NCBI RefSeq assembly: GCF_001457595.1 | Contig: NZ_LN831039.1 | Span: forward strand, 3,960,001-3,992,000 | Direction: 5' to 3' | DNA: 32,000 nucleotides | DNA from: Mycolicibacterium smegmatis | GTDB lineage: Bacteria; Actinomycetota; Actinomycetes; Mycobacteriales; Mycobacteriaceae | Made by a program: the position numbers and the translations under genes | In this document: positions 23,458 through 31,905 of the stretch, in pieces | Layout: each line of letters starts with the position of its first letter | Position numbering within the stretch: the stretch's first letter is position 1 | The notes under the pieces: model-generated | The model's input: only the letters and a program-made list of their open reading frames with translations | Database searches by the model: none | What the model was told of the DNA's origin: nothing

Positions 23458-24633
23458 GTGGCGAACACCCCGATGCCCCATCCGGCCCCGTCGCCGTGGT
23501 TCCACCCGCCCGCACCGCTGCCCCGTCCGGTCCGCGCGGTCGGTGCGCCGCTGGCGGTGGTCGTCAGTCTCGGCGTGCTCACGTGTTGCCTGGTGCTGCT
23601 GTTCACCGCACTCAACCCGGTCGGCGCGATCATCGGCCTCGTCCTGTCGAGCATCGCGATGGCCGGGGTGATCCTGGCGTATCTGTGGCTGGACCGATTC
23701 GAGCCCGAACCGCCGCGTCTGCTGCTGTTCGCGTTCGGCTGGGGCGCCTCGGTGGCCGTGGTGCTGTCGGTGATCCTGAGCCTGCTCGGCGACGCGCTGT
23801 TCCCGCCGAACCCCATGCTGCCGGAAGGTTTCGGGTCGACCGCGATCCGCGCGCCGATCATCGAGGAGGCCGCCAAGGGCCTGTTCCTGCTGATCATGAT
23901 GACCGGCAGGCGGCGCAACGAACTCAACTCGCTCACCGACTGCCTGGTGTACGCGGGCATGGTCGGCGTGGGCTTCGCGTGGCTCGAGGACATCATGTAC
24001 ATCTCCAGCGCCGACTCGGTGGCCGGATCTCTCGTGACCGCGGCCATGCGCCTGGTCATGGCGCCGTTCGCGCACTCGCTGTTCACCACCATGACCGCGA
24101 TAGGCGTGTTCTACGCGCTGCACCGGCGCAGCGGCGCGGCCAAAGCCCTGTGCATCCTGCTGGGCTATCTCGCCGCGGTGCTCATGCACGGCCTGTGGAA
24201 CGGCTCGTCGCTGCTGGGCCTCGACACCTACTTCGTCGTGTACGTGGTGTGGATGGTGCCGATCTTCGCGCTGACCATCGTGCTGGCCGTCCACAGCCGC
24301 CGCCGCGAGCAACGCATCGTCGCCGCCAAGCTCCCCGGCATGGTGGACGCCAACCTCATCACCCCCAACGAGGCCACGTGGCTGGGCTCGCTGCGCACCC
24401 GTCGCGACGCCATCACCGTCGCGACCCGCGCAGGCGGCCGGCCCGCGGGCCGATCGGTCGCCGAGTTCGCCTCAGCCGTCGTCGAACTCGCGTTCGTCCG
24501 CGACCGCATCGACCGGGGCTTCGGCGACCAGCGCGTGTACGCGCTGCTGCAGGAGGAGGTGAACGCCGTCGCGCACGCCCGCGGGGCCGCACCGATTCTC
24601 GGCTGGCTCGCGCACTACCGCGCCGCGCGCTGA
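23458..24633 (+). CDS. PrsW-family intramembrane metalloprotease
   Basis: Multi-pass membrane protein with the signature motifs IIEEAAKG (EExxK) and HGLWN (HxxxN). The start is GTG 23458 or ATG 23473. Confidence 0.8.
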   Translation: MANTPMPHPAPSPWFHPPAPLPRPVRAVGAPLAVVVSLGVLTCCLVLLFTALNPVGAIIGLVLSSIAMAGVILAYLWLDRFEPEPPRLLLFAFGWGASVAVVLSVILSLLGDALFPPNPMLPEGFGSTAIRAPIIEEAAKGLFLLIMMTGRRRNELNSLTDCLVYAGMVGVGFAWLEDIMYISSADSVAGSLVTAAMRLVMAPFAHSLFTTMTAIGVFYALHRRSGAAKALCILLGYLAAVLMHGLWNGSSLLGLDTYFVVYVVWMVPIFALTIVLAVHSRRREQRIVAAKLPGMVDANLITPNEATWLGSLRTRRDAITVATRAGGRPAGRSVAEFASAVVELAFVRDRIDRGFGDQRVYALLQEEVNAVAHARGAAPILGWLAHYRAAR

Positions 24634-25856
24634 GGCGCCGTGGACCGCCGCAACCGCAACAGTTGCCACAACACCAGCCCCGCCTGAAGACCCAGCGCCA
24701 CCGAGATCATCGAGATCACCGTCGCGGGAAACGCCGAGTCGCCGTCGGCACCGAAGAGTTCCGTCACGCCGATCAACCCCATCGAGCCGGGCACCAGCAG
24801 CCAGAACCCCGGCAGGATCAAGGTGATGGTGGGTGGCGCGCCGCGACGCCGCGAGATCGCGAGTGCCGACACCGTCAGCACCAGCCCTCCGCAGAAACCG
24901 CTCGCGTAGCTTCCCAGCACCGTGCCGCCCAGATACTGGGCCGCAAACGCCGTGTAGCAGATCACCACGAGCCAGGGCAGAAACGACAACGGCGGGGCGA
25001 GGAACAGCAGCACCCCGATCGCGTAGACCAGCACACCCAACCAGGGTGCCCACGGGCCGATCTTGTTGACCGCGTCGGTGCTCAGTGAGGACCCGTCGAC
25101 GCCGAGGAACTGCGTGGCGATGAGGATCCCGAACGCCAACTGCGCGATCTGGACGAACCCGGCGATCAGCCGGCTGGTTCCCGAGATGACGTCGCGCGCG
25201 GTCAACTCGACGACCGCCAGCGTGATCGCCGCGCCGGGAAGGAACATCGCCAATGGCGGGATCAAGGCCCGCAGGTTCACGTGATCCATGCCGAGGCGGT
25301 GTGCACCCAGAAGGCAGATGGCCGTCACCGTGAACGCACTCACCGCGGGCAGCAGATGCTGCAGCATCCCGGCGCGCTGCACCACGACGTGGAACAAGCC
25401 GACCAGGAAACCCAGCACCGTCGCGACGAGCAGATTCAGCGCCGTCGGCTCCAGCACCAGCGCCAGGCCGGCACTCTGCACGCCGTAGCCCACGACGGCG
25501 ACCCAGCCGGGAAACCGGTCGGGCATTTCCAGCACGCGATCGAGTTGCGCCTCACCGTCATCCGGGCGCACCGCGCCGCGCATGGCGTCCCGAACCAGAC
25601 GCGCGAGCGGGAACATCTGCGCGAACCGGAGCTCGTGGTCGAGGTGGGCGGCCTCGACGATGGTTCCGTGTGCACCGGTCGGCCCGACGACCTGCACGTA
25701 ATTGGGCAGGGCGATGAAATCGTTGCGCACCCCGTAGGCCGACGACGCGCGGTCGAGCATCTGCCGGATCAGGCTCACCGGGTAGTGCGCGGCGCCCATG
25801 GCGGCGCCCAGTCGAGTGATGAACCGGATCTGTTGTGCAGCAATCGGCTCGGTCAT
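24615..25856 (-). CDS. ThrE-family (threonine/serine exporter-like) membrane protein
   Basis: 413-aa ORF with a soluble-looking N-terminal part followed by about 10 hydrophobic segments, the typical ThrE (DUF1212 plus DUF3815) architecture. It starts 11 nt after the polA stop. Its 3' end overlaps prsW by 19 nt in convergent orientation. Confidence 0.7.
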   Translation of the reverse strand: MTEPIAAQQIRFITRLGAAMGAAHYPVSLIRQMLDRASSAYGVRNDFIALPNYVQVVGPTGAHGTIVEAAHLDHELRFAQMFPLARLVRDAMRGAVRPDDGEAQLDRVLEMPDRFPGWVAVVGYGVQSAGLALVLEPTALNLLVATVLGFLVGLFHVVVQRAGMLQHLLPAVSAFTVTAICLLGAHRLGMDHVNLRALIPPLAMFLPGAAITLAVVELTARDVISGTSRLIAGFVQIAQLAFGILIATQFLGVDGSSLSTDAVNKIGPWAPWLGVLVYAIGVLLFLAPPLSFLPWLVVICYTAFAAQYLGGTVLGSYASGFCGGLVLTVSALAISRRRGAPPTITLILPGFWLLVPGSMGLIGVTELFGADGDSAFPATVISMISVALGLQAGLVLWQLLRLRRSTAPQRAAR

Positions 25857-25867
25857 GGCAATCGGCG

Positions 25868-28594
25868 TCAGTGAGCCGCGGCGTCCCAGCTGCGGCCGTA
25901 CCCCACCGACACCTCAAGTGGCACGTCGAGCGGATACGCGTTGCCCATGTGCTCACGGACCAGCTGTTCGAGCTCCCCCCGCTCCCCTTCCGAGACCTCG
26001 AACAGCAACTCGTCGTGGACCTGCAGCAGGATCCGCGAGCGCAGCCCAGCATCCTTGATCGCCTGGTCGACGTTGATCATCGCGACCTTGATGATGTCGG
26101 CCGCGCTGCCCTGGATCGGGGCGTTGAGCGCCGCACGCTCGGCCGCCTCGCGGACCTGGCGGTTGCTGCTGTCGAGCTCGGGCAGATACCGCCTGCGGCC
26201 CAGCACCGTCGAGGTGTAACCGTCCTTGCGGGCCTGGTCGACCACGTCACGCAGATAGTCACGCACCCCGCCGAACCGGTCGAAGTACTGCTCCATCTGC
26301 ACCTTCGCCTCTTCGGTGGAGATCTTGAGCTGTTGCGCGAGCCCGTAGGCACTGAGGCCGTACGCCAGGCCGTAGGACATGGCCTTCACGCGGCGGCGCA
26401 ACTCGGGCGTCACCTCGTCGATCGGCACCGAGAACGCCCGCGACGCGACGAACGAGTGCAGATCCTCACCGGTGTTGAACGCCTCGATGAGGCCCGCATC
26501 GCGCGACAGGTGCGCCATGATCCGCATCTCGATCTGGCTGTAGTCGGCGGTCATGAGCTCGGCGTAACCCTCGCCCACCACGAACGCGTCACGGATCCGG
26601 CGCCCGGCCTCGGTACGGATCGGGATGTTCTGCAGGTTCGGCTCGGTGGACGACAGCCGGCCGGTCGCGGCGATGGTCTGGTTGAACGTCGTGTGGATGC
26701 GCCCGTCGGAGGCCACCGAGTTGAGCAGCCCGTCGACGGTCACCTTGAGACGGGTGGCGTCGCGGTGCGCCAGCAGATGCTGCAGGAACGGATGGCCGGT
26801 CTTCTCGAACAGCGATTGCAGCGCGTCGGCGTCGGTGGTGTAACCGGTCTTGGTCTTCTTGGTCTTCGGCATCTCCAGCTCGTCGAACAGAACGGCCTGC
26901 AACTGTTTGGGCGAACCGAGGTTGATCTGCTTGCCGATCACCGAGTAGGCGGCCTCGGCCGCGTCGCGGATCTGATCGGCGAACTCGCTCTGCAGCTGTT
27001 CGAGCATGCCGAGGTCGACCGCGATGCCGGCATGCTCCATCTCGGCCAGTGTCCGCTGGACCGGCAGCTCCATGCGGCTCAGCAGCGACAGCGAGTCGAT
27101 GCGAGCGAGCTCCTGGTCGAGCGCGTCGGCCAGGTCCAGCACGGCGCAGGCCCGCAGGATCACGGTCTGCACGGCCTGCTCGTCGACGCCGTCAGAATCG
27201 TCGAGCAGTGAAAGCTGCTGCTGCTCAGGGGTTTCCGCGCGCAGTTCGCGATGCAGGTAGCGCACCGCGAGGTCGTCGAGGGTGAAGCTGCGCTGCCCGG
27301 GCCGCACCAGGTACGCCGCGAGCGCGGTGTCCGACGTGACGCCCCGCAGCGTCCAGCCGCGCCCGGCCAGATCGTGCATCGCGAGCTTGGCCTCGTGCAG
27401 CGCCTTCGGCGGGCCCGGATCGGCGAGCCACGACGCCAGCGCGGCCTCGTCCTCGGGCGTCAGCGTCGAGGTGTCGATGTAGCGGCCGTCGCCGTCGGCC
27501 GCGACGATCGCGAGCGCGGTCGCATCGGCGTCGTACGCCTTGTGGGTGCCGACGACGGCGACGCCGAACCGGCTGCCGAGGCTGTGCTCGGAGAGCCACG
27601 CGGCGAGCTCACCGGGCTCCAGCGCGCGGCCGCGCACGTCGAAACCGTGCTCGACCTCTGGCTCGACCGCGACCAGCGTCTCGAACAGGCGGTCGCGCAG
27701 GACCCGGAACTCCAGGTCATCGAACAGCCGGTGGATCTGGTCGCGGTTCCACGGCTGCATGCGCAGCGTGTCGGGGGTCTGCGGGAGCGGCACGTCCCGG
27801 ATCAGATCCGTGAGCTCGCGGTTGAGGATGACGCTCGACAGGTTGGCCCGCAGCGCGTCGCCGACCTTGCCCTTGACCGCGTCGACGTTGTCGACCAGCG
27901 CCTGCAGCGACCCGTACTCGACGATCCACTTGGTGGCGGTCTTCTCCCCCACGCCGGGGATGCCGGGCAGGTTGTCGCTCGGGTCGCCGCGCAGGGCCGC
28001 GAAGTCGGGGTATTGCTGCGGCGTGAGGCCGTACTTCTCCACCACGGCGTCGGGCGTGAACCGGGTGAGCTCGCTGACACCCTTGCGCGGGTAGAGCACG
28101 GTGACCTGGTTGCTCACCAGCTGCAGCGAGTCACGGTCGCCGGTGACCACCAGGACGCGGTAGCCCTCCTGCTCGGCCTGCGTGGCGAGCGTGGCGATGA
28201 TGTCGTCGGCCTCGAACCCGGGTTCGGCGAGTACCGTGATGCCGAGGGCCCCGAGCACCTCTTTGGTGATGTCGATCTGCCCGCGGAACTCGTCGGGCGT
28301 CGCCGAGCGGCCCTCCTTGTACTCGGGGTACTTGTCCTTGCGGAACGTCTGCCGGGACACGTCGAACGCCGCGGCGATGTGCGTGGGCTGCTCGTCACGC
28401 AGCAAGTTGATGAGCATGGCGGTGAAGCCGTACACCGCGTTGGTGGTCAGGCCGCTCTGCGTCTTGAAGTTCTCCGCGGGCAACGCATAGAACGCCCGGA
28501 AGGCCAGCGAGTTGCCGTCCAGCAACATCAGGGTGGGCGTGTCGTCAGCGGCTTTGGCCGGTGTCTTCTTGGTTGCGGTCTTGGCGGGGCTCAC
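25868..28594 (-). CDS. polA: DNA polymerase I
   Basis: Contains a 5'-3' exonuclease N-terminus (LMLLDGNSLAFRAFYAL), a Klenow-like domain and polymerase motifs (DYSQIEMRI, RRxAKxxNFG-like RRVKAMSYGLAYG, QVHDEL). I prefer the GTG at 28594 (VSPAKTATKKTPAK..) because a -10 hexamer ends 7 nt upstream. The longest ORF starts at GTG 28636. Confidence 0.95.
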   Translation of the reverse strand: MSPAKTATKKTPAKAADDTPTLMLLDGNSLAFRAFYALPAENFKTQSGLTTNAVYGFTAMLINLLRDEQPTHIAAAFDVSRQTFRKDKYPEYKEGRSATPDEFRGQIDITKEVLGALGITVLAEPGFEADDIIATLATQAEQEGYRVLVVTGDRDSLQLVSNQVTVLYPRKGVSELTRFTPDAVVEKYGLTPQQYPDFAALRGDPSDNLPGIPGVGEKTATKWIVEYGSLQALVDNVDAVKGKVGDALRANLSSVILNRELTDLIRDVPLPQTPDTLRMQPWNRDQIHRLFDDLEFRVLRDRLFETLVAVEPEVEHGFDVRGRALEPGELAAWLSEHSLGSRFGVAVVGTHKAYDADATALAIVAADGDGRYIDTSTLTPEDEAALASWLADPGPPKALHEAKLAMHDLAGRGWTLRGVTSDTALAAYLVRPGQRSFTLDDLAVRYLHRELRAETPEQQQLSLLDDSDGVDEQAVQTVILRACAVLDLADALDQELARIDSLSLLSRMELPVQRTLAEMEHAGIAVDLGMLEQLQSEFADQIRDAAEAAYSVIGKQINLGSPKQLQAVLFDELEMPKTKKTKTGYTTDADALQSLFEKTGHPFLQHLLAHRDATRLKVTVDGLLNSVASDGRIHTTFNQTIAATGRLSSTEPNLQNIPIRTEAGRRIRDAFVVGEGYAELMTADYSQIEMRIMAHLSRDAGLIEAFNTGEDLHSFVASRAFSVPIDEVTPELRRRVKAMSYGLAYGLSAYGLAQQLKISTEEAKVQMEQYFDRFGGVRDYLRDVVDQARKDGYTSTVLGRRRYLPELDSSNRQVREAAERAALNAPIQGSAADIIKVAMINVDQAIKDAGLRSRILLQVHDELLFEVSEGERGELEQLVREHMGNAYPLDVPLEVSVGYGRSWDAAAH

Positions 28595-28601
28595 GGCCCT
28601 C

Positions 28602-28623
28602 ACTCTATTCGTGGCCACCGACG
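28602..28623 (-). promoter_or_regulatory. RecA-NDp-like promoter motif of polA, embedded in the 3' end of the LysR gene
   Basis: The minus strand reads CGTCGGTG-gccacgaa-TAGAGT-gagggcc-GTG. This matches 7/8 of the TGTCRGTG box, with the exact 8-nt spacer, a TAnnnT -10 element and 7 nt to the start codon. The geometry is the same as at uvrB. The TAG of the -10 element is the LysR stop codon. Confidence 0.45.
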
Positions 28624-29510
28624 CGATCGGGGTCACCGAGGCCGAGTCGGCGCCGCGCCATCGTGACCAGCGCCCGCGCGGCCGGGCTCATCGGGCCGGT
28701 GGCCCGCCACGCGAACACCAGCCGGCCCCTCAGTTCGGGCGTGATCGGCAGCGGATGCAGCGCGGCACGGGCCCGCGCGACCGATTCGGGCAGCACGGCG
28801 GCCCCGAGTCCGCGCTCGGCGAGATCGGCAAGCGCGCCCGGCGTGGTCGCCTCGAAGGCGACGCGGACGTCCACCCCGGCCGCCCGGCACGCGCGGTCCA
28901 GTTGCCGCCGGATCCCGGTGCCGCGGGGCAGCGTGATCAGTGGCACGCCGGCGAGATCGGTCAGTGCGATACGCCGACGTCGTCGCCACGGATGGCCGTC
29001 GCCAACGGCGGCGACGATGCGCTGATCGGTCACGACCTCGGCGGCCAGCCCTTCGGGCAGCCCGGACCCGACGGAGATGATCGCGGCGTCCAGCCGCCCG
29101 GCCAGCAGGCCGTCGATGAGCGCGTCGGACTCGTCGGTGCCGAGCGTGATGTCCACGAGTTGGTGTGCGCCGTGGAACTCGGCGAGCAGTCCGGCCATGT
29201 CGAAGTCGTGCGCGGTGACGGTGCCGACGACGACCGAACCGCGCACGAGCCCGCTCACCTCGGCGACCGCGGTGCGTGCCGCGGCGACCGACCGCAGCGC
29301 CGCGTGCGCGTGCGGCAGAACGGCCTCGCCGGCCGCGGTGAGCCGGACCTCGCGCCTGCTGCGGTCGAACAGCGGCTGGCCGAGCTCGCGCTCGAGCTGG
29401 CGGATCGATGCGCTGACCGCGGGCTGCGCGACATGGATGCGCTGTGCGGCCCGCGTGAAATTGGCTTCCTCGGCGACCGCGACGAAGTACTCGAGCTGCC
29501 TCAGCTCCAT
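28605..29510 (-). CDS. LysR-family transcriptional regulator
   Basis: The N-terminus MELRQLEYFVAVAEEANFTRAAQRIHVAQPAVSASIRQLERELGQPLFDRSRREVRLTAAG is a canonical LTTR HTH. The 301-aa length is typical. Confidence 0.9.
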   Translation of the reverse strand: MELRQLEYFVAVAEEANFTRAAQRIHVAQPAVSASIRQLERELGQPLFDRSRREVRLTAAGEAVLPHAHAALRSVAAARTAVAEVSGLVRGSVVVGTVTAHDFDMAGLLAEFHGAHQLVDITLGTDESDALIDGLLAGRLDAAIISVGSGLPEGLAAEVVTDQRIVAAVGDGHPWRRRRRIALTDLAGVPLITLPRGTGIRRQLDRACRAAGVDVRVAFEATTPGALADLAERGLGAAVLPESVARARAALHPLPITPELRGRLVFAWRATGPMSPAARALVTMARRRLGLGDPDRVGGHE

Positions 29511-29580
29511 AAGCGTTGATTATAGTTTCTGTTCTTTTTACGTATTGGATTTATGATTCTGGGCGGCCGAGGCTGGAGTC

Positions 29581-30729
29581 ATGTCCATCACCACCACCGT
29601 TGCCATCGCCGGCGCCGGTATCGGCGGTCTCACCGCGGCACTTGCCCTGCAGCAGCGCGGTTTCGAGGTCGTCGTGCTGGAGAGCGCACACGAGCTGCGC
29701 CCGCTGGGCGTCGGGATCAACCTGCTACCCCATGCCGTGCGCGAACTCGACCACCTGGGACTCGGTGACGCCGTCGGCGACGCGTCCGTGGCGCCGACGG
29801 CGATCCGCTTCTACTCCGCCGACGGCACACTGTTGTTCACCGAACCGCGCGGACTGGCCGCCGGAGACACCCACCCGCAGTTGTCGATTCATCGTGGTCG
29901 ACTGCAGATGCTGCTGCTCGCCGCGGTGCGTGAGCGCCTCGGTGCCGACGCCGTCCGGACCGGGGCGCGGGTCAGCGGTTTCCACGACGACGGCTCGCGC
30001 GTCGTCGTGCGCACCGATGCGGGCGACGTCAGGGCCGACGTACTCGTCGGCGCCGACGGCATCGGCTCGGTGGTGCGTGCGGCGCTGCATCCCGGCCCGG
30101 ACCCGCTGCGGTTCTCGGGGATCACGATGTTCCGCGGCGCCGGTCGTATGGCGGCGTTCCTCGACGGGCACACGATGGCGATCGTCAAGGGCGACAGGGG
30201 CGATCAGGGCGTCGACCTCGTCACGTATCCGATCGCACCGGATCTGGTGAACTGGGTGGTCCAGGTGCCGCAGTCGGCGCCCACGTCGGCCGGGTGGAAC
30301 ACCCCCGCGTCGGCGGCGGACGTGCTGCCCCACGTCGCGGGCTGGCGTCTGGACTGGCTCGACGTCGACTCGTTGATCGGGAGCACGCCGCAGATCTTCA
30401 CCTACCCGATGGTCGACAAGGACCCGGTGCGACAGTGGGGCCGCGGCGGCCGCGTGACGTTGCTCGGCGATGCCGCACACCCCATGTATCCCGTTGGCGC
30501 CAACGGCGGTTCGCAGGCCGTCGTCGACGCGCGGGTGCTGGCCGACCACCTCGCCGAGGCGGGCGTGCGCGGCCTGCGCACCTACGAGGCCGAACGCGCC
30601 GACGAGACCGCCGCGGTGATCGTCGCCAACCGCGAGATGCACCGCGCCGCCAACACGCGCTCGGCCACCGAACTCGACCGCGTCACCCGCAAGTACCGCA
30701 CCGACACCGCAAGGAGCACCCGAGCATGA
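29581..30729 (+). CDS. FAD-dependent (group A) aromatic-type monooxygenase/hydroxylase
   Basis: Motifs: GAGIGGLTAALAL (GxGxxG), GADGIGSVVR (DG motif), GDAAHPMYPVGANGGSQA (GD motif). It is divergent from the LysR gene. Confidence 0.85.
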   Translation: MSITTTVAIAGAGIGGLTAALALQQRGFEVVVLESAHELRPLGVGINLLPHAVRELDHLGLGDAVGDASVAPTAIRFYSADGTLLFTEPRGLAAGDTHPQLSIHRGRLQMLLLAAVRERLGADAVRTGARVSGFHDDGSRVVVRTDAGDVRADVLVGADGIGSVVRAALHPGPDPLRFSGITMFRGAGRMAAFLDGHTMAIVKGDRGDQGVDLVTYPIAPDLVNWVVQVPQSAPTSAGWNTPASAADVLPHVAGWRLDWLDVDSLIGSTPQIFTYPMVDKDPVRQWGRGGRVTLLGDAAHPMYPVGANGGSQAVVDARVLADHLAEAGVRGLRTYEAERADETAAVIVANREMHRAANTRSATELDRVTRKYRTDTARSTRA

Positions 30730-31397
30730 CCACCTTCGTCCTTGTCCCCGGAATGTGCCACGGCGCATGGTGTTTCGACACCGTCACCGCTGCGCTGCGC
30801 GCGGCCGGCCATGAGGTGCTGGCCGTGACCCCGACCGGGGTCGCCGAACGCGCACACCTGCAGCACGCGGGCGTCAACCTCGACACCCACATCACCGACG
30901 TCGTCGCCGTGGTCGAGGCCTACGCGGCCGAACCGGTGGTTCTTGTCGGGCACAGTTACGGCGGCATGGTGATCACGGGCGCCGCCGACCGGATCCCCGA
31001 CACCGTCGACGCGCTGGTGTACCTCGACGCGGTGGTGCCGCGCGACGGCGAGTCGTGCGCGGATCTGGTGAACGACGAGGAGCGCCGGTGGTACATGGAG
31101 ACCGACGCGTCCGGCTTCGGGGTGCCGCCGCTTGAGTTCTTCGATCCGCGCGCGACCCCGCATCCGCGCGCGAGCGTGCTGCAACCGCTGCGTATCGGCG
31201 TCGACGTGAACCGCTTCCGTCGGCGGGTGTTCGTCTACGCGCGCGACTGGCCGGGCGAATCGCCGCTGCAGGCCTCCTACGACCGCGTCCGCAATGATCC
31301 GAACTGGACGTGCCACGAACTCGACGCCAAGCACAACCTGATGCGCGACGCGCCCGAGGAGCTGCTGCGCATCCTTGTCGACGTCGCCTCCCGATAG
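30726..31397 (+). CDS. Alpha/beta hydrolase (small esterase-type, GHSYGG nucleophile elbow)
   Basis: The internal ATG at 30726 overlaps the monooxygenase stop (ATGA). Translation: MTTFVLVPGMCHGAWCFD..VVLVGHSYGGMVITGAA. The upstream part of the track ORF (30294-30725) is R-rich shadow sequence. Confidence 0.8.
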   Translation: MTTFVLVPGMCHGAWCFDTVTAALRAAGHEVLAVTPTGVAERAHLQHAGVNLDTHITDVVAVVEAYAAEPVVLVGHSYGGMVITGAADRIPDTVDALVYLDAVVPRDGESCADLVNDEERRWYMETDASGFGVPPLEFFDPRATPHPRASVLQPLRIGVDVNRFRRRVFVYARDWPGESPLQASYDRVRNDPNWTCHELDAKHNLMRDAPEELLRILVDVASR

Positions 31398-31409
31398 CCG
31401 GGACGAAAC

Positions 31410-31423
31410 TGCAACACGTTTCA
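31410..31423. promoter_or_regulatory. KstR-type operator TGCAACACGTTTCA, overlapping the -35 region of a candidate leaderless promoter
   Basis: Perfect match to the KstR consensus TnnAACnnGTTnnA. It is nested in a longer dyad GAAACTG-N10-CAGTTTC (31405-31428). A -10-like TAGTCT (31444-31449) ends 6 nt before the GTG at 31456. Confidence 0.55.
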
Positions 31424-31455
31424 GTTTCTGGGCTCTGATCGTCTAGTCTGACCGT

Positions 31456-31905
31456 GTGCCAGGTGATACCGACGCCGCAACGCAACTACCGGCCATCGAG
31501 GGATGGTGGAGCGCAGACGAGTCCGGCGCCCCCCATCTGATCGGCGGAAAGTGCACGAAATGTGCCACGTACGTGTTCCCGCCGCGGGCCAACAACTGCC
31601 CCAACCCCGCCTGTGACGGCGACGAGCTGGCGCAGGTGCCGCTGTCGCGTCGCGGCAAGGTGTGGAGCTACACCGAGAACCGGTACGCCCCGCCGCCGCC
31701 CTACCCGTCGCCGGACCCGTTCGAGCCGTTCGCCGTGGCCGCCGTCGAACTGGCCGACGAGGGCCTGATCGTGCTGGGCAAGGTCGTCGAGGGCACGCTG
31801 GCCGCGGATCTGAAGGTCGGCATGGAGATGGAGTTGACCACCATGCCGCTGTACACCGACGACGACGGCGTCGAGCGCCTGACCTACGCGTGGAGGATCG
31901 CATGA
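31456..31905 (+). CDS. Zn-ribbon/OB-fold DUF35 protein (counterpart of M. tuberculosis Rv1628c)
   Basis: 149-aa ORF. It has the Cys4 ribbon CTKCATYVFPPRANNCPNPAC followed by an OB-fold-like segment (GKVWSYT..AAVELADEGLIVLGKV). Confidence 0.8.
   Translation: MPGDTDAATQLPAIEGWWSADESGAPHLIGGKCTKCATYVFPPRANNCPNPACDGDELAQVPLSRRGKVWSYTENRYAPPPPYPSPDPFEPFAVAAVELADEGLIVLGKVVEGTLAADLKVGMEMELTTMPLYTDDDGVERLTYAWRIA

Noticed and set aside
29511-29580. Attempt to define a LysR T-N11-A box in the AT-rich lysR/monooxygenase intergenic region (TACGTA palindrome, TGATTAT/ATGATTC repeats).
   Set aside because: I could not find a dyad convincing enough to annotate. It is left as a suggestion in the findings.
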